Below the pieces are notes generated by a model. That model did not search any database. It was not told the origin of the DNA and saw nothing but the letters and a program-made list of their open reading frames with translations. A program made the position numbers and the translations under genes. From positions 2,241,127 to 2,273,126 of the forward strand of contig NC_004459.3 of assembly GCF_000039765.1 (NCBI RefSeq): a stretch of DNA of 32,000 bases, written 5' to 3'. Position 1 is the stretch's first letter. Every line of letters begins with the position of its first letter. Shown here in pieces: positions 27,417 through 32,000 of the stretch. Source of the stretch: Vibrio vulnificus CMCP6. GTDB taxonomy: Bacteria > Pseudomonadota > Gammaproteobacteria > Enterobacterales > Vibrionaceae.

Positions 27417-28817
27417 TTAGAAGTTTGCGTTACGTGGTGTACGTGGGAATGGGATCACGTCACGTACGTTGCCCATGCCTGTTACGTAAGAAACAAGACG
27501 CTCGAAGCCTAAACCGAAACCAGCGTGCGGTACGGTGCCGTAACGGCGCAGATCGCGATACCAGTTCATGTGTTCTGGATCGATGCCCATTTCAACCATA
27601 CGAGCATCCAGTACATCTAAACGCTCTTCACGTTGTGAACCACCGATGATTTCGCCGATGCCCGGTGCGAGAACGTCCATCGCCGCAACCGTTTTGCCAT
27701 CTTCATTCATACGCATATAGAACGCTTTGATGTCTTTCGGGTAGTTTTTCACGATAACCGGAGCTTTAAAGTGCTCTTCTGCCAAGAAACGCTCGTGCTC
27801 AGAAGACATGTCGATACCCCATTCAACTGGGAACTCGAACTCACGGCCAGAATCCAACAGGATTTGAATCGCGTCTGTGTAATCCACTTGTGCGAAATCA
27901 GAACTCACGAACTGTTCTAAGCGATTGATGACATCTTTGTCGATGCGGCTAGCAAAGAACTCGAGATCATCACGACGCTCTTCAAGAACGGCGGCGAACA
28001 CGTATTTCAGCATGTCTTCAGCCAATTTCGCGATGTCATTCAGATCAGCAAACGCGACTTCTGGCTCAACCATCCAGAACTCCGCTAGGTGGCGGCTGGT
28101 GTTTGAGTTTTCAGCACGGAAAGTCGGGCCGAATGTGTAGATTTTGCTTAATGCACACGCGTACGCTTCACCGTTTAGCTGACCAGAAACGGTTAGGAAT
28201 GTCTCTTTACCAAAGAAATCTTCGTTGAAATCAACATCACCGCTCTCAGTGCGAGGTAGGTTCGCAAGATCCAGTGTTGACACGCGGAACATCTCACCAG
28301 CGCCTTCACAGTCAGAAGCGGTGATAAGCGGAGCCGATAGCCAGTAGTAGCCTTGCTCGTGGTAGAAACGGTGGATAGCTTGAGACAACGAGTGACGAAC
28401 ACGTGCAACTGCACCGATCACGTTAGTACGTGGGCGTAGGTGAGCCACTTCGCGTAGGTACTCGATAGAATGACGTGTTTTCGCCATTGGGTAGGTATCT
28501 GCATCTTCAACCCAACCCACCACTTTCACGTCAGTCGCTGCAAGCTCAAACGCTTGACCAGCGGCAGGCGAAGCCACAATCTTACCCGTTACTTCAACAG
28601 AGCAGCCAGTCGTTAGCTTGAGTACTTCGTCGTTGTAATTATTAAGATTATTTGGGACCACGGCCTGAATCGGGTCGAAACAAGAGCCGTCGTAGATGGC
28701 AAGGAAAGAGATTCCAGCTTTGGAATCACGACGTGTACGGATCCAGCCGCGTACAGTGACTTCACTGTCCACTGCCAGCTTACCGCTTAATACGTCTTTT
28801 ACAGGCGCGTAAGTCAT
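27417..28817 (-). CDS. asnS: Asparagine--tRNA ligase
   Basis: 466 aa class IIb aaRS. It has an N-terminal OB anticodon-binding domain ([18 protein letters not shown]), motif 2 [21 protein letters not shown] and motif 3 GFGLGFERL, with full-length similarity to E. coli AsnS. Confidence 0.96.
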
Positions 28818-28848
28818 GTTTTAAATAATCTCCATTGAGGTAAACATA

Positions 28849-28905
28849 CAACCCAATGTTTGCCAAAAACGTAAGCGTTCAAAAATTAAGCGAAACATTG
28901 GGTTG
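28849..28905 (-). other. Long perfect stem-loop between the upstream MCP gene and asnS (terminator and/or asnS leader element)
   Basis: Arms caacccaatgttt (28849-28861) and aaacattgggttg (28893-28905) form a 13-bp perfect stem around a 31-nt spacer that contains a small internal aacg/cgtt hairpin. The following tract on the minus strand is only weakly U-rich. Confidence 0.55.
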
Positions 28906-28932
28906 GATAGAATTTTACAGATTCATCGGAAC

Positions 28933-28960
28933 ATATTACCTGTCAATTCGCCAGCTTCAA
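28933..28960 (-). promoter_or_regulatory. Candidate sigma70 promoter for asnS
   Basis: Minus strand: TTGAAG (28955-28960), a 16-nt spacer, then TAATAT (28933-28938). It lies upstream of the 13-bp hairpin, so the hairpin would be part of the asnS 5' leader. Sequence match only. Confidence 0.35.
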
Positions 28961-28992
28961 CCTTTAATGTTCATTCCAGCCAAGAAATTCTT

Positions 28993-30618
28993 TCATTTCG
29001 ACTGAAACGAACGGTTGTTGAGGGTGAATTGGTTGATTAATTGCTCTAGATGCTCTGAAAGCTGTTCTAACTCGACAGAGATATCGCGCGTATGGCTCGC
29101 GGAATGCGAGGTGTCATCGGCGTGTTGGGTGATGGTGCCAATCTTGGCTTGAATCGCTAGGCTGGATTGGCTGGTTGCTTGCGTTTGCGATTGAATGTGC
29201 TTGGTGTGCGAGAGGACTTGATGCATCTCCTCAACCACTTTGCGCATGGTGTCAGACAAGGCTTCTACTTCAAGAGAGCGCTGGTGGGCATGCTCGGAGA
29301 CTTGCGCCGCCGCGCGCAGAGAGTCGGAACTGCCTTGTTGGAATTGAGCGATGATCGAGCCGATATCGCCTGTGGCGACGGCAGTGCGGGAGGCTAGGCT
29401 GCGTACTTCATCGGCAACCACGGCAAAGCCTCGGCCTTGTTCTCCGGCGCGAGCGGCTTCAATGGCAGCATTCAATGCCAGCAGGTTCGTTTGATCGGCA
29501 ATGGCGTGAATCACACTTAAAATTGACGAAACCTCGTCGGTTTGCGCATTCAACTGAGAAATCCGGTCTCGTACTTTATCAATATCGCCGACGAGATTTT
29601 TGATCTCTTCACTGGCATTGTGCGCTTGGTTGGAGCTGGTGGTTGCCACTTCCACGGTGTGATTCACCAACTCGGTTGCATTGACGGTGGCTTGTTCGAC
29701 TTCGAGCTGCTGATGTTGCATCGCTTCGATGGCGTTTTGTACATCGCTGGTTTCTTGTTGTTGGTTGTTTGCCGCAGAGTCGGTGCGTTGGGCCACATGC
29801 GTTAGGCGGGTCGCTGAGTTAGCGAGCGAGTGAGAGGTCGATTGTACTTGATTAAGGCTCTCTGTGACCGTGTCCATAAAGGAGTTAATTGATGTGGCCA
29901 GCACACCTACCTCGTCATTTTGAGCGATAGTAACGCGTTGGGCGAGATCCTTGCTTTTACTGACTTTGGTCATAAAGTGCGATGTGGCTTGAATAGGGCG
30001 TACAATGATCTTGCGGATCAGCGTCATGGTGATCAAAAAGCCCACAAAAGCAATCGAAGACATAATCGCAATGGCAAACATCGCTTGCTTATTAATCATC
30101 GAATTGACATGGCTTAAGTTGTATTCCAAACGAATTGCACCCAAGACTTCGCCTTCTGCAGCCATATGACAGGCCACACAATTGGTGCCTCGGTAATTCT
30201 CGCTGGATTTCATTGGCAGAGCGACGACCAAACCTTTGCCCCAATCGGCTTCCACAGGTTCGATCACCAACTCACCATTTAACGCTCTCTGATCGATGTC
30301 ATCTTGTGGGGCTTGATTCGCTTGGCCTGGACCATACAACTTACTCACCAACTCACTGCGTAATACACGGACTTGCTCAATACCATCTTGGGCGAGGGCT
30401 TTTTGTCGCAATGTCTCTTTCTGGGCCATAGTGCCCGTGAGCATCATCATATTTAGGCTGTCGAAATAGTTACTGGCCTTGTCGTGCAGTTGTTCACTTA
30501 AAACAGAGTTAATAAGCTGTTTTTGTTGATAATATTGATAAGCTGTCGATACCGCTAGGACAAAGGTAAAGACGGTGATAAGGGCAACAAGTAATTTGAA
30601 CGTAATGGTTGAGCGCAT
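28993..30618 (-). CDS. Methyl-accepting chemotaxis protein with a CxxCH-containing periplasmic sensor domain
   Basis: TM1 (residues about 8-26), a periplasmic region of about 150 aa containing NCVACH (C147/C150/H151), TM2 (about 178-200), a HAMP-like region, and the MCP signalling domain with the tip [32 protein letters not shown]. Confidence 0.92.
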   Translation of the reverse strand: MRSTITFKLLVALITVFTFVLAVSTAYQYYQQKQLINSVLSEQLHDKASNYFDSLNMMMLTGTMAQKETLRQKALAQDGIEQVRVLRSELVSKLYGPGQANQAPQDDIDQRALNGELVIEPVEADWGKGLVVALPMKSSENYRGTNCVACHMAAEGEVLGAIRLEYNLSHVNSMINKQAMFAIAIMSSIAFVGFLITMTLIRKIIVRPIQATSHFMTKVSKSKDLAQRVTIAQNDEVGVLATSINSFMDTVTESLNQVQSTSHSLANSATRLTHVAQRTDSAANNQQQETSDVQNAIEAMQHQQLEVEQATVNATELVNHTVEVATTSSNQAHNASEEIKNLVGDIDKVRDRISQLNAQTDEVSSILSVIHAIADQTNLLALNAAIEAARAGEQGRGFAVVADEVRSLASRTAVATGDIGSIIAQFQQGSSDSLRAAAQVSEHAHQRSLEVEALSDTMRKVVEEMHQVLSHTKHIQSQTQATSQSSLAIQAKIGTITQHADDTSHSASHTRDISVELEQLSEHLEQLINQFTLNNRSFQSK

Positions 30619-30843
30619 AGTTTTTATAATTGAGTTTTGGAATAGACCTCAATATTTTAAGCTGACGTTTAAAGTGTCGCGATCATGAGATTTCTGCAGT
30701 GTGACCATAGACAAAATAAGGTTTTTGTAAATGTGATGTGAGTACGTTGTGAACGTATTATTGACGTAATGGTCATTATTCCGACATGCGACTTAGGTCT
30801 AATCCATAGAGCGAAACGTTTGGCTGGAGATTATTGTTCGATA

Positions 30844-30873
30844 TTCACAGCCAACGCTTGTCACTCCTATAAT
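30844..30873 (+). promoter_or_regulatory. Candidate sigma70 promoter for queD
   Basis: TTCACA (30844-30849), an 18-nt spacer, then a consensus TATAAT (30868-30873), 45 nt upstream of the queD ATG. Sequence match only. Confidence 0.4.
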
Positions 30874-30917
30874 TAATCCTTAGTATTGCCACTCTTTGAA
30901 AAAGCCTGAGTATCGTG

Positions 30918-31280
30918 ATGAGAACCGAATTGTATAAAGAGTTCATGTTTGAAGCTGCCCATCATCTTCCACATGTTCCTGAAGGTCATAAATGTGGTCG
31001 CCTACATGGCCATTCATTCTTAGTTCGTTTATATGTTGAAGGTGAAGTGGATCCGCATACGGGCTGGGTAGTGGACTTTGCTGAAATCAAAGCGGCGTTT
31101 AAACCGATTTATAACCGCTTAGATCACTATTACTTAAATGATATTAAAGGCCTAGAAAACCCAACCAGCGAAGTACTGGCAAAATGGATTTGGCAACAAC
31201 TTAAGCCAAATTTGCCGCTACTGAGCAAAGTGGAAATCAAGGAAACCTGCACCGCAGGCTGCATCTACAAAGGTGAGTAA
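30918..31280 (+). CDS. queD: 6-carboxy-5,6,7,8-tetrahydropterin synthase (queuosine biosynthesis)
   Basis: Near-identical in long blocks to E. coli QueD: [43 protein letters not shown], [21 protein letters not shown] and [13 protein letters not shown]. The ATG at 30918 is preferred to the GTG at 30915. Confidence 0.95.
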   Translation: MRTELYKEFMFEAAHHLPHVPEGHKCGRLHGHSFLVRLYVEGEVDPHTGWVVDFAEIKAAFKPIYNRLDHYYLNDIKGLENPTSEVLAKWIWQQLKPNLPLLSKVEIKETCTAGCIYKGE

Positions 31281-31298
31281 TCTCCTTTAGCAAATTGA

Positions 31299-31335
31299 AA
31301 CAAAGGCAAGCATCAAGCTTGCCTTTGTTGTTTCT
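31299..31335. terminator. Terminator between queD and the convergent GNAT gene
   Basis: aacaaaggcaagc-atcaa-gcttgcctttgtt (13-bp perfect stem) followed by gtttc. T-rich tails are present on both strands. Confidence 0.82.
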
Positions 31336-31352
31336 GAGCTGGGTTAAAACGT

Positions 31353-31820
31353 TTATCCCAGTGGGTGGCGTAAAATCCACTCTTTTTCTACTTCGCCATA
31401 GATGACTTTATCGGTATTGGTAAAGCCAGCAGAGAGGAAAAACTGATTGGCCGTTTTGTGGCTGTTTGGCACGGTCAGGCAAAGAGAATTACTCTCTGGA
31501 TCAATGGTGTACGCATACACAAACAGCTTTTTCAGTGCCTCAGTTCCTATACCTTGACGTTGGTATTGACGATCAATCATCAGGTAGTTCAGCCCCAGCT
31601 CATGGCGTTTGGCAAATGGCGCGTGCTGAGAAAACCCTTTATCAATGACCAAATAACCAACCGTCGAACTGTCCGAATAAATCGTAAAAAACGCTTCGGA
31701 CTTATGGCGTTTTTGATAAGCCTGCTCAAAAGGCTTAAAAAATCCTTTTTGTTCTTCATGCACATCCAATTGCATCAAGCTGGCGAAATCTCGTAGCTTA
31801 GTAGGCTTTATTGCAATCAT
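31353..31820 (-). CDS. GNAT-family N-acetyltransferase
   Basis: 155 aa. It has the acetyl-CoA binding motif A (QRQGIGTEALKKL, i.e. Q/RxxGxG/A) within a GNAT-type fold pattern. The substrate is unknown. Confidence 0.8.
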   Translation of the reverse strand: MIAIKPTKLRDFASLMQLDVHEEQKGFFKPFEQAYQKRHKSEAFFTIYSDSSTVGYLVIDKGFSQHAPFAKRHELGLNYLMIDRQYQRQGIGTEALKKLFVYAYTIDPESNSLCLTVPNSHKTANQFFLSAGFTNTDKVIYGEVEKEWILRHPLG

Positions 31821-32000
31821 GACAGTAAATAGCGAAACGATAAGTGCGAGGTGGCATTATAAATTCCAATCAATGCTATCGTCTAGGTATTTGATTGTAT
31901 TCATAATTGGCTTCATTACTGCTGGCTTTCATTTCGTGCAAAGTTTGTTCACGGTGATTGTACTGTTGATGAAATGACACTCACCGTGACAAGCAAAGTA

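Noticed and set aside
30619-30917. Possible preQ1 riboswitch upstream of queD
   Set aside because: There is no preQ1-I/II-like core (no conserved stem followed by an A-rich tail ending in CUA). A plain sigma70 promoter 45 nt from the ATG explains the region.
31951-31989. 9-bp inverted repeat tcacggtga … tcaccgtga at the right edge of the window
   Set aside because: It is real in the sequence, but its context (the next gene or promoter) lies outside the window, so no function can be argued.
1-32000. Searched for CRISPR arrays, tRNA/rRNA genes, integron attC/VCR-type repeats, prophage or defence-island gene content, and toxin-antitoxin pairs
   Set aside because: No regularly spaced direct repeats, cloverleaf-compatible segments, integrase, phage or restriction genes, or small overlapping gene pairs of TA type were found. 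Apart from the IS, the window looks like conserved chromosome.

Overview
By gene content and protein similarity this 32 kb window is a Vibrionaceae (Vibrio-type) chromosomal segment. About 88% is coding, and most of it is core housekeeping and signalling genes. In order: dusC, a YecA-like SEC-C protein, dsbB, nhaB, fadR (the long Vibrio form), ribA, one intact IS4-family insertion sequence, and a DctPQM-type TRAP transporter followed by a Cache-domain histidine kinase and a NarL/LuxR-type response regulator. Next come a CosR-like MarR repressor divergent from a BCCT osmolyte transporter, a dCache methyl-accepting chemotaxis protein (MCP), a coupled pair (cNMP/CBS/DUF294 nucleotidyltransferase plus DEDDh exonuclease), a small outer-membrane barrel and aspC. 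The window ends with a membrane HD-GYP phosphodiesterase, two tandem paralogous small proteins divergent from a MocR-type regulator, a 77-aa membrane peptide, asnS, a second MCP whose periplasmic domain carries a CxxCH motif, queD and a GNAT acetyltransferase. I found no rRNA, tRNA, CRISPR array, prophage, integron cassette or recognisable defence island. The only mobile DNA is the IS. The best candidates for undescribed biology are (1) the ligand-gated DUF294 nucleotidyltransferase/exonuclease operon, (2) the duplicated YYWHPDWLHIAEDA small-protein pair under a MocR-like regulator, and (3) the putative haem-c sensing MCP. All three are hypotheses from reading the sequence; no database search was possible. 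Several unexplained inverted or direct repeats in intergenic regions are listed separately. Start codons were re-evaluated against homologues and ribosome-binding sites (RBS) where the ORF track looked over-extended.
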